A DNA stretch of 64,000 nucleotides from the NCBI GenBank assembly GCA_043228905.1, contig JBHGNT010000016.1, positions 6,448,001 through 6,512,000 on the forward strand, given 5' to 3'. The translations under genes and the position numbers were made by a program. Below the pieces are notes generated by a model. The model did not search any database and had not been told where the DNA came from. It was given only the letters and a program-made list of their open reading frames with translations. This DNA comes from Azolla caroliniana. Taxonomy: Eukaryota; Plantae; Polypodiophyta. Below are positions 52,464 through 64,000 of this stretch, in pieces; the first letter of the stretch is position 1, and each line of letters starts with the position of its first letter.

Positions 52464-55361
52464 TTAATGATCAAACTTTTGCATTAAGCCTTTAACCACA
52501 GATTGAGCAATGGGATGGTACTTGTCTTTGGCTTCAACAAAAGCCCTTTTGGCAAGCTCTTTTGCTTCGGGTGAGCTTTGAAGCAACCCTGAGTATAGAG
52601 GCCGCAAATATTTCATCCTCCCAACCTCATGTAGAGCAACTTCTATGCTTGAAAAGCATGGCTTGTAGCCTGAGAACGCCGCAATTGTCAAGAACGCAAT
52701 CTTGATCTCCCAATTATCATTCTTTGAGAAGTGGAACTTCTCATCAAGCTCAGCAATCTTGTGATAAAAGAAGACAACCCAAAATTCAGCATATTATTTA
52801 CTGGTTCAATACTTGCATTTAGTTTAGGGTTCCAATTTTAAGGTCTATGTTTAAAAGCTCAGGAATAAAGGTTTGAAGCTTCAATTCACATAAAGTTTAT
52901 TGTTAGGGATTTTTAATGGTTTAGCTTACATAAAGTTTCATGTTCAGTTTTTTAGACTAATGGCACAAAAATATGTTGCATATGATTTGATAATTCAATT
53001 CATGTAAGCTTAAAGGTTTAGGCTATACCCTGAGGATAAAAGTTATTGGATTGGATTTAATGCATTGATTCACATAATGCTTGGAGATTTATTACCTCTT
53101 CTGCTTGGAGCTTTTTGGGCAAATTTTCCAAGTAAATTTGCCATTCAAGAGCTTCCCATGAGGCATTTTCAGCCTCACTAATACGTTGGCCTGAACTAAA
53201 TCCACTTGCTAAGGTTAGGACCTTATCAAGGATAGCAGATTTGGGCTCTTTGGCATCAGGAGGGATCCCTGGCTGATAGACCCACATGTCTAAATCGATC
53301 TTCTCTTCAATGCCACTGAAGTAACTTTTCAAAAACACTAAAAATGTCTCTGTGCTTATGGATGTGAATCGAAATGTGGATATATATGTCTTCAAGAAAT
53401 CGTCAAATGCTGCTCGCCCAAACTACATAAAAGCATCCAATTTTACATGGTATCTGAGTCATATAACATATGCTTTTAAAGCATAACAAAAAGTATGTGA
53501 TTTCACATGGTATCACAAGGATATAGCATAAGCTACAGTATGACAAAACACATTGTTTGAACTCATACAAATGCATATACAGTAAGCTTTTAAGCATAGC
53601 AATTTCACAGTTATTATGGATAAATTGTAAGATTTAAACATTGATGAAGTACAAGCAAGTTGAGTTAACCTCATTTTCAAGCCGGATAAGGAATTGGCAT
53701 CCTTTCTCATACGGTACTTGAGAGTAGATTTCATCAGGATCCACACCTTCTTGGTTTGTCTTTAGCTTTGTGAACTCAGGACGGTCTTTGAACCTTTCCA
53801 TCTCTTCTTTCAGCCCACTCCATCCAAGCCCAAGGTGTAGATTCGCTCTCTCTTTACCCTCTAATGCTTCTACAATCCTCCGCTCAGCATAAGTCGTAAA
53901 ACCCTGCACACCCAAATTGCAATAGGACTACATATCATGACCACAAGAGCAAACAAAGAGTTGATGGGTGTCTGACCATCTGATCGTTCATGAACTCCTA
54001 AACCTTTTCAATGCCTTCTTTAACATTAGGTTCATATACTTATATCATGTACTTCCTAGAGGCCTATGTCCAAATCATAGTAGCTATCCCACTACATCCA
54101 CCCATATGATAATCCACATACTAATATGTCAATTTCTGGCCTTTGCAACTCATTAAGGAGCTCAATACATTGAATTTGCCATTGCCAAATGACATATGCA
54201 AGGCCTTTGGAAATGGTATCAGGTAGTCAAATAATGACGAAATTGCTTTAAAGCTAGAATCCGAAAATCCAAGGAATAGATACGACAAATCTACACATAC
54301 TTTAGTACCTCATTAAGCCAGAAGTCATCATTCGTTGCATTGGTGATAAGGTTCCCGGTCCAACTATGGGCAAGTTCATGCGCTACGACTTGGACACCAC
54401 TCTTATCGCCGACGATGACAGTCGGGGTCAAGAAAACCATCCTTGGATTCTCCATACCGCCATAAGGGAAGCTTGGTGGCATCACCACAAGATCCAATCT
54501 TTCCCATTCGTAAGGGCCAAAGAGAGTCTCACCTTGGAGCATCATGGCCTCAGTATCAGAGAACTCATGGGCTGCGGCAGCCAAGACGGGTGGCTCGGCG
54601 TAAATGCGGGAGCGGGGGCTAAGGTCAGCAAAGGTGATGTCTCCGGCAGCCATGGCGAAGAGGTAAGGCGGGATGCACTGCTCCATCTGGAAGAGCTCCA
54701 CAACACGACCCTCGGCAAACCAGAGGTTCTCATTGCAGGCACCCATGGAAGATCCGAATGTGGTCATCACTGATGATGATAATTCATGACCTGTTGATTG
54801 ATCGGAGGAGGCACCCACAGATGCCATGGTGCCTGCGAATTGATCGGATGCCCGGCCCATATGGGCGGCGGACATTACAACAGACATTTCGCTCGGGACA
54901 TTCACTTTGGCCGTGTAGCGGATTCGGGCAGCCGGCGTGTCTTGGCATGGGAAGATTGACCTTGCATGAATGGCCTGGCACTGTGTGAATACATAAGGTA
55001 GCTTCCCACCTGCTGTCTGGGCAGGATCTAGCCATTGCAATGCGGAGCCACCACTATCTGTACGGAAAATAACTGTAAAAGACGACTGGTTAGTCAAGGA
55101 AACTGTTAACAGTGTGCCTTTGATTGCGTCTGGCTCAGAGAGCTTGAAAGGAAGAATGATGTCAGAGGATTTTCCATAGATAACAGAGATATGGAGAGAC
55201 CTTGTGTCAAGGAAGAAATCCCCACTGAATGGACGGGAGAGATGAAGGGTCGCAGAGCCATGGATGGACTTTGAGTCAAAATCTAAGAAGAGGGCAAGCT
55301 CGATTAGGTTAGTGAGAGGGTGTGTTGAGTCTGCATAGGAATGCGGGTCTAGGGGTGCCAT
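52464..55361 (-). CDS. LKHA4: Leukotriene A4 hydrolase-like M1 zinc aminopeptidase, 635 aa; exons 55361-54309, 53903-53670, 53422-53096, 52757-52464
   Basis: MAPLDPHSY start; FTQCQAIHARS; GGMEN; HELAH..FWLNEGFTTYAERRI; QVPYEKG; GRMKYLRPLY. Exons sum to 1908 nt with GT-AG introns. Confidence 0.96.
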
Positions 55362-55596
55362 GGGGACTTGAGGAATTAAGGTTTTAGAAATCTTGGGACT
55401 TTCAGGGTTTTGGGGTTTTAGGGTATCAGGGGTTTAGGGTCTTCGGAAATCGGAAATCGGAGCAGAGGTTTTGTTTTCTACGGCTGATGATTAGGTTTTA
55501 GGGTTTTAAGATTACGATTAATAGTGCAGATCTCTCTCCTCTACATACATACATATAATATGTATACTTCTACTGCAGGCCTACTGTGTGTTCTCC

Positions 55597-55623
55597 CTAG
55601 GGTTAGGGTTAGGGTTAGGGTTA
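55597..55623 (+). repeat. Short TTAGGG array (G-quadruplex-forming) upstream of LKHA4
   Basis: CTAGGGTTAGGGTTAGGGTTAGGGTTA; further TTTAGGG telo-box-like motifs at ~55415-55505. Confidence 0.9.
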
Positions 55624-56039
55624 TTCAGCACGATCTGTGTGCGATGGAATGAATACCTTAGTACCTATACACATACATCTACATACTGTACACGCATATG
55701 TAGGCCTCTTGTAGCGCACACTAATTGCAATTTGCAGAGGAAATCTGAGGAAAATCTCAGAGATTCAAATCTATCCATAATCCCCCACACACCTCAAATT
55801 TCACGAAACCCCTTTCAGCTTTCAGTCGTCGTCTTCTACATCTGGGAACCTAAAAGTTGTAGTTTCCAAAAACAGAGCAGAGCAGAACAGAGCACACAGT
55901 AATGGGAGGCTTGAAAGGGGGCACACCAAAAAAGCATTAGCTATGGCTATAACACCCCCCCCCCAAAAAAAGCAGAGCTATGGCTATTCTTATAGCATGG
56001 AGGGCTAAGTTTATAGTTTTCGGTAGTATGCAGACGTCC

Positions 56040-56365
56040 ATCCGGTCCGATACTGCCATCGATTTGGTTGTCCGCGGCGGGTCGGCAGGCAGGCGATCTG
56101 ATACAAGCATCAGTTTGGTTGTTTGTTGCAGGGGGGTTGGGTAGGCAAGCAGATGGGCGATCCGGTACAAGCATCAGTATCGACGTCCGTTCGGTCTGAT
56201 ATTGTATCAGTTTGGTTGTCCGCAGGGGGGGGGGGGGGGGGGGGGCAGGCGGGGCAGATGGGTGATCCAATACAAGCACCGGTTTGGTTGTCCGCAAGGG
56301 GTGGGCTGGCTGGCGTATGGGCAATCCGATCCAAGCATCGGTTTGGTTGTCTTCAGGGGGTGGGC
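56040..56365. repeat. Five-copy degenerate GC-rich repeat, probably a DNA-transposon subterminal array
   Basis: GATCCGATACAAGCATC.GTTTGGTTGTCCGCAGGGG-like units at ~56061, 56111, 56208, 56281 and 56340, with a G21 run at 56225-56245. Confidence 0.7.
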
Positions 56366-58320
56366 GGTGTAACAACACCGAAATTTTGTGATTAGGGTGG
56401 ATCTCCGAATTGGGACCCGCTGAACGTACCACCCAACCATCCTTTGTCCAACCTCCAAACCAATTTGTCCCATTATCTCATTTGAATTGATTGTCCCATC
56501 TTGTGAGTCATGGGTGTCTTTTTAAAAAAAAAACTATCCTCCATCTTGTGAGTCATGGGTGTCTTCTCCATTTGTCAAGAAGACTTAGAAGCCCATGACT
56601 CATGGGGCCGTCTCTACCCGTGAGATGACTCTCACCTCAATTTGTCGAGGTGGTGTGTTGTGGTTCCGATCATGGAACCTATCAACAAAACAGATGTGTT
56701 ACAATGGGCATTTCTCTACCCGTCGAGAAAGGCCCTCACCTCAATCCATTGAGGCGGTGTGTTGTGGTTTCGTGATCTCAACACATTGGATGTGTTACAA
56801 GAGGGCGGGCGAATGGGTGACGAAACCCTGCCAATATCTCCTCTCCATATATCACCCTAAATCCACGTAGCGGAAAAAGCATCAAATACACATGCACATA
56901 ATAGTATATCCCCCCTCCCTGGTTAGTCATCCCATCCATCTCCTCCTCTGCCCACCTCCCATTTTCTCACCTGACATAGTATCGACAACCTCTCTCCTAC
57001 TTCCATCTCACACTTGGTTTTCCTCTACGCCCCTCCGCTTATTAATTAGCCTTCAACAAGACACTTGATATAGCGCGTTCCTATAAAATAGGGCGCGGGC
57101 TTGTGCTTAAGAAACCCTCCTCTATGCTTCTTGGATCGAATAACGAGGGGTTATTTTTGGGCATTGAAACAACTTCCAGCATTAAGACGAGTTATTGTAT
57201 GTATATGGGCAGTGTGCAACCCTTTCTTTGGCAATTCCGTGAAGGGTAGGATTTGGTGCAACTTCATCGTCACATACCATGAGGCAAGTGGAAAATGTGC
57301 AAATCTTGGAATGCAATTTTGCTATTAAGATAATCACATCTATACAACATGGATGTGTATATATACGCATGCGTGTGTACATAGACAACCACACAAATTG
57401 CACGTATTACCTATAGAGAAAATTACTTGGGAATGGCAGAGTAGATCATATTTGTAGGTTACGTTAGGTTTATTGTTGTGAGGTCACAAGTACAAGCATA
57501 ATTACCAATTAGTTGTTTAGATGTTTAATATACGAAGTTGTCTCCTCGTCTCCTTAAAATATTTCTTATGTTTTTTTATGTGTATGTGACATAAAGAGGC
57601 ATTTATCTTTAGAATGTGGCTCAAATGGTTATGCTTCTAAGGTTCAACAATTTGCATATATCAATGGTATGGTTAAGATTTGTGAAACCACTTTTGTGAG
57701 GGTATCTGAAGTGAAATCAAGAATCGTTTGTTAAACTTTCTAGAGCCCACATTCTTGTCACAAATGTTGTGACCATGATTGCCTTTAAGAACTTCTCCAA
57801 GAAGAGCGTGTGACATAAGGGCCTTGATCTTTCCAATGATATGCATCACTAATGTTAGACTTGCCTCATCAAACTCACCATCTTCCAAGGTGATCGATAC
57901 CCACATCTCAATGGAGATTGATTGAGCTAGATTCAAGCCTCTTACTGATGCACAATGTCGATGTCGATGAGAAAGTAACCTATTCCCCTATTGTGGTGAC
58001 TCCATCTTAATTCGCCAATGCCCAAAAAGGGTTCGTGATGACAAATATACCAAACAAACAAATATAGCTCTAAACAAGTTTGGAGGAGGCATTCTAGAAA
58101 TATTTGGAAACTTCTAGAAACTTTTGAAGCATGCATGCACATATAGTGCTCATGAATGTTGGTCGGTTAGGCCAAAGTAGGAAAGGGGAGCCGGTTTTGG
58201 GATTAAGGGAGTTGTAATTAGAATTAATTATCATAATTATAAGATCGGACGAACGGACCCGGAATCAGTATGCCGATCCGGATCCGGATCGGTTCGTAGC
58301 CGGTTGCCGGTCGACACCGG

Positions 58321-61300
58321 TGTCGCGAAGTATCGCGCGTGCGTGGAGAAAGGCGGGACCACGGGGGTCCTGGACTAGGGAGTGACGGAGCGTAGGAAGT
58401 CGTGCTTCACCCTTTCCGGGGCACCCCAAGAGCACACCGGAAGCAACCGAAGGGGGAGAGAGAGAGAGAGCAGGCACGCAACATTGACTCTTGCACGAAC
58501 ATGTACATAAGCAAGAAAGAAACACTAAGACACACACACACACACCAACAGAGACCCGAATATGTACAGCCAAATGTATATGTATTTACAAGACAACGAG
58601 ATTCAACACCGACTTCAAACCGGACCTAGGTCGCATGGGATACAACCGTTGTCTACTGCCAAGCCGCCGGTCGGGGAGCTCTCGGGCTTGTTGCGCCGAG
58701 CGGGGTCTTGCACAAAGTACAGGGCAGAAAACTGGAACGCTAGATGCCAAGGCTCGAAGCACAGAAGGAGGAGGAAGAAGAAGCAGAGGAGAGCAAGAGA
58801 AAGAAAAACCCTAGAACAAGAGAGAGAGAGAGAAAGAGAGAACGTCTCTCCGTCTAACGGTATACCCTATTAATACAAAATGGGCAACCCTTCTACAAGG
58901 GACCATCCCTTCCTTTTATAGAACAAGGAGAGGAATGCGTTACAATGTGGGATAAATCCCGATTTACATGGGATTCTTTGCCCCGACTTAACACCTATTA
59001 TTCACACAATTACACGAGGGTGAGTGCACATGGTGCACCCCGCCGATGTAGCCAATATTTCTCGGTTTCCGCCTCTGGCCGAAATTCTTCACGACATCCA
59101 CCCCCACCTAACTGCACGTCCATTGGTACGTGCCAAATCCGGTGAAGGGTGAGAGATTTCGGCCGGTGAGAAATCGGTCTTCCGTAATCCGCATCCCGGC
59201 TCGCTGCCAGTTTGAACCGTCGGCTTCGGTTCTTCCTTCGTGCTTACCTCCCCGTAGGCTCGTTCGACCCATCGATGGGTCCTTCACCGCGATCTCCATA
59301 GTACGCGTACTTCCGCTGGCCCTTGTTCGGCCGTATGCACGCCCCGCTCCCCGCCGTATGCCCAATGTCCTTTGGTTGAGGAACGCCTGTAGTGGCCCGC
59401 TTGGCCTCCGTTGACCATTCGTGTTGTCCTAATTGCCGTCCCATGTTGTTTCGCGTTGCCTTCGTCCTCTTGCCGCCACCTTCCTTCTCCATGGTCTTAC
59501 GTCGCCATGTCGGCTCGAACCGCCATGGTCTCCAGAACGGTGTGGAGGATCCTTCTCTGGCCTTCTACACGCTACCTCTGAACCGCGCAACCCATCTTCG
59601 TGCTCGCCTTTCCGCTTCGGCACCTCCGTGTGCCGCATACCCTCGTCCGTTTTTTGGCACTGCCTGTGCCGTACTCTGGTTCGTTTCACTCCTTGTCGAC
59701 CCTTTTCCCTGCCAGATCGTGGATCGCCACTCATCCGCATAGCGGTGTCCTCCGCACCCGAGGAACCCCCCAGTGGTAGCCTGCTTGGCTCTTTCTGTCT
59801 TGCGCTGCAGCAACAGGTCCTGAGTCTTCCGCTTGCCGTCGCCCCCTCGCCCCCACCAGCTTGTTATCCTGGGCTTGCCGTGTCAGTCTTCGTTACTTTG
59901 ACTGTCTGGCCGAGATCTACGAAGCGGGTGTGGAGGATCCTCCTCCGGACTCCCTTGTCATCCCTTGACTCTGACCCTGTGCAGTCCACTATGCACCTGT
60001 CACCTCGTTCCCGGCACCTCCCTTGCGCCGTCTTCCGCTTCCTTTGTTCGGCATCGCCCGTGCCGAACATCGTCCCGTAGTCACGCTTCGATCCGGCCCA
60101 CGATGGCCACTTGTGAGACTCTTGTTCCGTCCCAGGTGTGCCTTTTCGGCCCGACACACCTCCCCGTGTTTGCCCTACTGGCTCCTTCCGCTACCGTAAC
60201 CAGCCGGTAAGGGTTTCACACTTCGTCCTCCCCCGTCTTACCGACTCCCGATCCACTATCTCGTGTTGCCGGGTCCCGTTCCTTGCTGCCACCTTCCTTC
60301 TCCCTTGGTATTACGTTGCCACGTTGGCCGAACAGCCGGAGTCTCCGGAACCGGTGTGAAGATCCCATAGGACCGGTCTTCGTTTTGTTGCATGCCGAAA
60401 TTCAGGGTGTCTTTGTTTGAGTCCCTCCCGGATTCTCCTCGTGTCTTCCGCGTAGTCGGGCCCAGTTTCCCGCCACCACCTTCCTTCTCCCTCGGTCTTA
60501 CGTTGCCACGTTGGCCGAACAGCCGGAGTCTCCGGTCTGGTGTGGGGATCCCGTAGGACCAGACTTCCTTATGCTCGTGACCTTGCCGGTAGGTCCGATT
60601 CGGTTAGTAGCCACTTCGCCGGCTTGATACCTTCCTTCTCCGCTTTTCGTCGTCCGAACACGTTCACCTGCCGCCACCGTCCTTTCCTATAGGACTCACG
60701 TCGGCTCGGTGTGAGGATCTTCGTGGGACGTCGGTTTGCCCGCCCACAGTTCTTTGCCTTCGTCCCCTCGCCGCCACTGAACGTCACTCTAGGTCTCACG
60801 CCGGCTCTCGGGCCGACCGCCGGAGTCTCCGGATCCGGTGTGAAGGATCCTCCTCGGGCTCGTCGTATCTTTGACCCTTCTCCAGGGTCTTCCTTCCTTT
60901 GCAAGCCGAGAGGGTGGCTCGCTCCACACCCTCTCCCGTGGTACCGACGTATCGTGTTCTCGGCCTCTTCGTAGGCGTGCTCTCTTCCTCCCTCCCGGAA
61001 TGGTTATCCGGGAGTCCGCTCCGCCCGGTTCTTGTCCGGGTCCATTCGTCATTCTCTGGATTGCCGGGTCCCGTTCTCCTGTCGCCACCGACCTCTCCTA
61101 TAGGACTCACGCCGGCACTCGGGCAGACAGCCGGATTGGTTTGAAGATTTCATGGGACCGGTCTTCGTTTTCCTCTTCATCCCCGTACTTCTCCCGAACT
61201 CGTTGTTGCTCTCCTTGCTGCGTTCCTGCCTCGATCTTCCATCTCTGTCGGTCTTACGTTGCCCCGTCGGCCGAACAACCGAAGTCTCTGGATAGGATGT

Positions 61301-63846
61301 GGCGTAACTGATTTCTCAACATCTTTCGGTGACTCGTCCGGGCCACCGCCCCTTTTAGTGGTGTCGGTGGATAGCATCCGCTCTGTGATCAATCAAGCCC
61401 CGCCTGAGCTTGATTCTCCAATGTCCGGAGTTTCGGCTCGGATGCCGACCTTGCTAGACTCGTTCCAAACCTCTGATCACCCTCCTTCTATTCCCGACCT
61501 TCGCCCGATCGGTCTTTCTCCCCATGTAAAAGAGGGTGGCTCGTCCCGCACCCTCTCCCGTATCGGCACCTTTATGCCGAATCCGGCCCCGATCGAACAA
61601 TCCACGACCGGATTACGCTCCACCCGTATCGGAGCATCGCGTGGTTCGGTCCATGGTTGGGCCGTTCCTTGGTCTCTTTGTCGCCCTTTTCGCTGGCCAT
61701 CTCCCATCCATCTTCGCTGGCATCGTGCCAGGACTCCTCAGTACCACCATCCATCTCCTCGGTCTTACATGGGCATATGGGCCCGAATGCCGAGTTCTCC
61801 GGAATCGGGTCCGGGGGCTTTCGTCCGCTCCTTCCCCGTATCGTCTCGCCGGTGATTCTTGGTCTCTCGCCACCATCTTCCTCCGCTTGGGACTCACGTG
61901 GGCACTCGGGCCCGACTGCCATTGTCTTGGGAGCAAGAGTGGGAAGGCTCAAAGAATTGCCCTTCCGGTTTACGCCCTTGTTCGTAGCCACCGGCTCTTC
62001 GTGGTCGGCGGTCGTCTCCTTACCGATCGCGCAAGCCCCGCTTGGGCTTGCTTCTCCGATATCCGGGGTTTCGGGTTGACACGCCCAAAACCGCTGGTCC
62101 AACCTATCCGATTCCGAAATCGGTATCTCGGCCTCGTCCTTGGCCATTCTATCTCTGCAAGTCGAGAGGGCGTTTTGTTCCGCACCCTCTCCCATGGTAC
62201 TGTCGTACCGATCTTTCGCCATCGCGCGGGGCAAGTCCGTCTCCTCAGTCTTGGCTTGTGGCCTCAATCTTTCCTCTTCCTCGAGCATCGCCTCGAGAGC
62301 TGCGTACGCCTCCGCAATCCTGGCCCCAATGCCGACCCTTGCCGACTCTCTTTGCCGTTCGGCCTCTTCCCGCTGTGATGGCACGCCGTCGCGCCCCTTC
62401 CTCTTAGCCTTCTTGACTCGCTCGTTGTCTAGCCGTTGGCACACCCTTCCAACCTTTGACCAGTCCTCCGTAAGCCCATTCGCTCCGTCATCGTCTTCGA
62501 GCTCAATCCCGATGGCCTCCCGTTCCACTCGGTCGATCGACCTCACGAACAATAGGACTTTGTCTACCCCCACCAAACCTTGTTCCCGCTCCGGGAGCCG
62601 AGCAAGCCGTCGCTCGAACTCTTGGAACGCCTTCGTTGCACCCTGGTGGGTCTTTGCCGATGCTACCCACTGGTCGAAGTCGTGCCATCCCCGACTCTTC
62701 CGCCGTCCTCCATACGCCTATCGGAGCGCCTCTTCAAAGGCCTCCCACGAACTATGAGCTTCTTGGAGCTCCTTCACTTCCGCGTGCATACGGACGGCGA
62801 CAACCTGACAGAAGAACTCAAGCCTCAACGCTTCGTCCACGTCTCGCTCCTCCATCTCCGCGTTGTAGGCTTCCAAGTAAGATGGGACTTTGTCCCCGTT
62901 GAAACGACCGACTCTTTCGACCACTCGCTCAACCGCTTGTTGCGTTGCTTCTCGCCTCATCACCACTCGCGCCGACTCCAACACCACTTCGGCCACCATC
63001 ACCGCGAGGTTGTCGTCTTCCGACTCCATCCTCCCTCGCCGCCTTTCACGTCAGGTTCACCAAATATGTCGCGAAGTATCACGCGTGCGTGGAGAAAGGC
63101 GGGACCACGGGGGTCCTGAACTAGGGAGTGATGGAGCATAGGAAGTCGTGCTTCACCCTTTCCGGGGCACCCCAGGAGCACACCGGAAGCAACCGAAGGG
63201 AGAGAGAGAGAGAGAGAGAGCAGGCACGCAACATTGACTCTCGCACGAACATGTACATAAGCAAGAAAGAAACACTAAGACACACACACGCACACCAACA
63301 GAGACCCGAATATGCACAACCAAATGTATATGTATTTACAAGACAACGAGATTCAACACCGACTTCAAACCGGACCTAGGTCGCATGGGATACAACCGTT
63401 GTCTACTGCCAAGCCGCCGGTCGGGGAGCTCTCGGGCTTGTCGCACCGAGCGGGGTCTTGCACAGAGTACAGGGCAGAAAACTGGAACGCTAGATGCCAA
63501 GGCTCGACGCACAGAAGGAGGAGGAAGAAGAAGCAGAGGAGAGCAAGAGAAAGAAAAACCCTAGAACAAGAGAGAGAGAGAGAAAGAGAGAACGTCTCTC
63601 CGTCTAACGATATACCCTACTAATACAAAATGGGCAACCCTTCTACAAGGGACCATCCCTTCCTTTTATAGAACAAGGAGAGGGATGCGTTACAATGTGG
63701 GATAAATCCCGATTTACATGGGATTCTTTGCCCAAACTTAACTCCTATTATTCACACAATTACACGAGGGTGAGTGCACATGGTGCACCCCGCCGATGTA
63801 GCCAATATTTCTCGGTTTCCACATCTGGCCGAAATTCTTCACGACA
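58321..63846 (-). mobile_element. Non-autonomous gag-only LTR retrotransposon (Phygy-like), element 2
   Basis: LTRs at 58321-59096 (776 bp) and 63067-63846 (780 bp), TGTCG..CGACA, ~97% identical by eye. TSD CCGG. PBS 63045-63062 is complementary to tRNA-Trp. PPT AGGTGGGGGTGGA (minus) at 59097-59109. Confidence 0.93.
61572..63029 (-). pseudogene. Gag-like ORF of element 2 (one internal TAG)
   Basis: 62718-63029 and 61572-62576 are in the same frame. Motifs GRFNGDKVPSYLEAYNAEME..SWEAFEEALR and DKVLLFVRSID..ELEDDDGANGLTEDWSKV resemble bryophyte Gypsy capsid proteins. Confidence 0.75.
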
Positions 63847-64000
63847 CCGGTTTGTAACACAACCGGATACCTATAAAAGGATTCAGATATGATGTAACTA
63901 GAGATGGATAATTAATAGAGAAGTGCAGTTATTTTCATATCTTGTTTATCCTGTCACTTCTGTTCTATGCTTAATGATGTTGATCTTACACGTGTAACTA

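Larger units (their letters stand above)
58157..64000 (+). mobile_element. Host LTR related to the element-1 LTR, split by element 2 (58157-58320 and 63847 to window end)
   Basis: Begins TGTTG. The rejoined sequence GGACGAACGGACCCGGAATCAGTATGCCGATCCGGATCCGGA..CACCGGTTTGTAACACAACCGGATACCTATAAAAGG aligns with element-1 LTR GGACGGACGGACCGGAATCGGTATGCCGTTCCGGATCCGGA..CACCGTTTTGTAATACAGACCGGAAACCTATTTAAAGG. Confidence 0.8.

Noticed and set aside
54366-55035. Alternative ORFs overlapping the aminopeptidase exon 1
   Set aside because: Antisense or off-frame shadows of a GC-richer coding exon.
56040-56365. Repeat-spacer-like array
   Set aside because: Units are degenerate with irregular spacing and related G-rich linkers; this fits transposon subterminal repeats.
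59108-63141. Many overlapping plus-strand ORFs of 100-280 aa
   Set aside because: Antisense shadows of a GC-rich LTR-element interior with no recognisable motifs. PBS, PPT and Gag define the minus strand as sense.

Overview
Eukaryotic nuclear DNA from a land plant, probably a non-seed plant judging by the Phygy-like Gag (inference). It is AT-rich and gene-dense, with one 100-N scaffold gap at 1823-1922. Seven protein genes are supported: an isolated exon of the SDP1 triacylglycerol lipase (-), a group-III CONSTANS-like B-box/CCT gene (+), intronless NIP7 (-), an 11-exon DRG GTPase (-), a ~32-exon UBP12/13 (USP7-type) deubiquitinase (+), a BAP31-like ER protein (-) and an LTA4H-like M1 aminopeptidase (-). 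Two structurally complete but non-autonomous Ty3/Gypsy-type LTR elements stand out. Element 1 (22423-27868) has 437-bp LTRs and a tRNA-Arg-like PBS. Its reconstructed single reading frame is Gag-protease followed by a ~500-aa coiled-coil protein in place of RT/RNaseH/integrase; it has no obvious PPT and is followed by a duplicated third LTR plus flank. Element 2 (58321-63846, minus strand) has ~780-bp LTRs, a tRNA-Trp PBS and a 4-bp TSD. It encodes only Gag plus a repetitive GC-rich tail and is nested in an LTR related to element 1. LINE/MITE remnants, several ~180-bp tandem doublets, GC-AG introns, telo-boxes and an exact (GGGTTA)3GGG G-quadruplex are also visible. No RNA genes or CRISPR arrays were found. 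All homology calls come from recalled motifs, not database searches.
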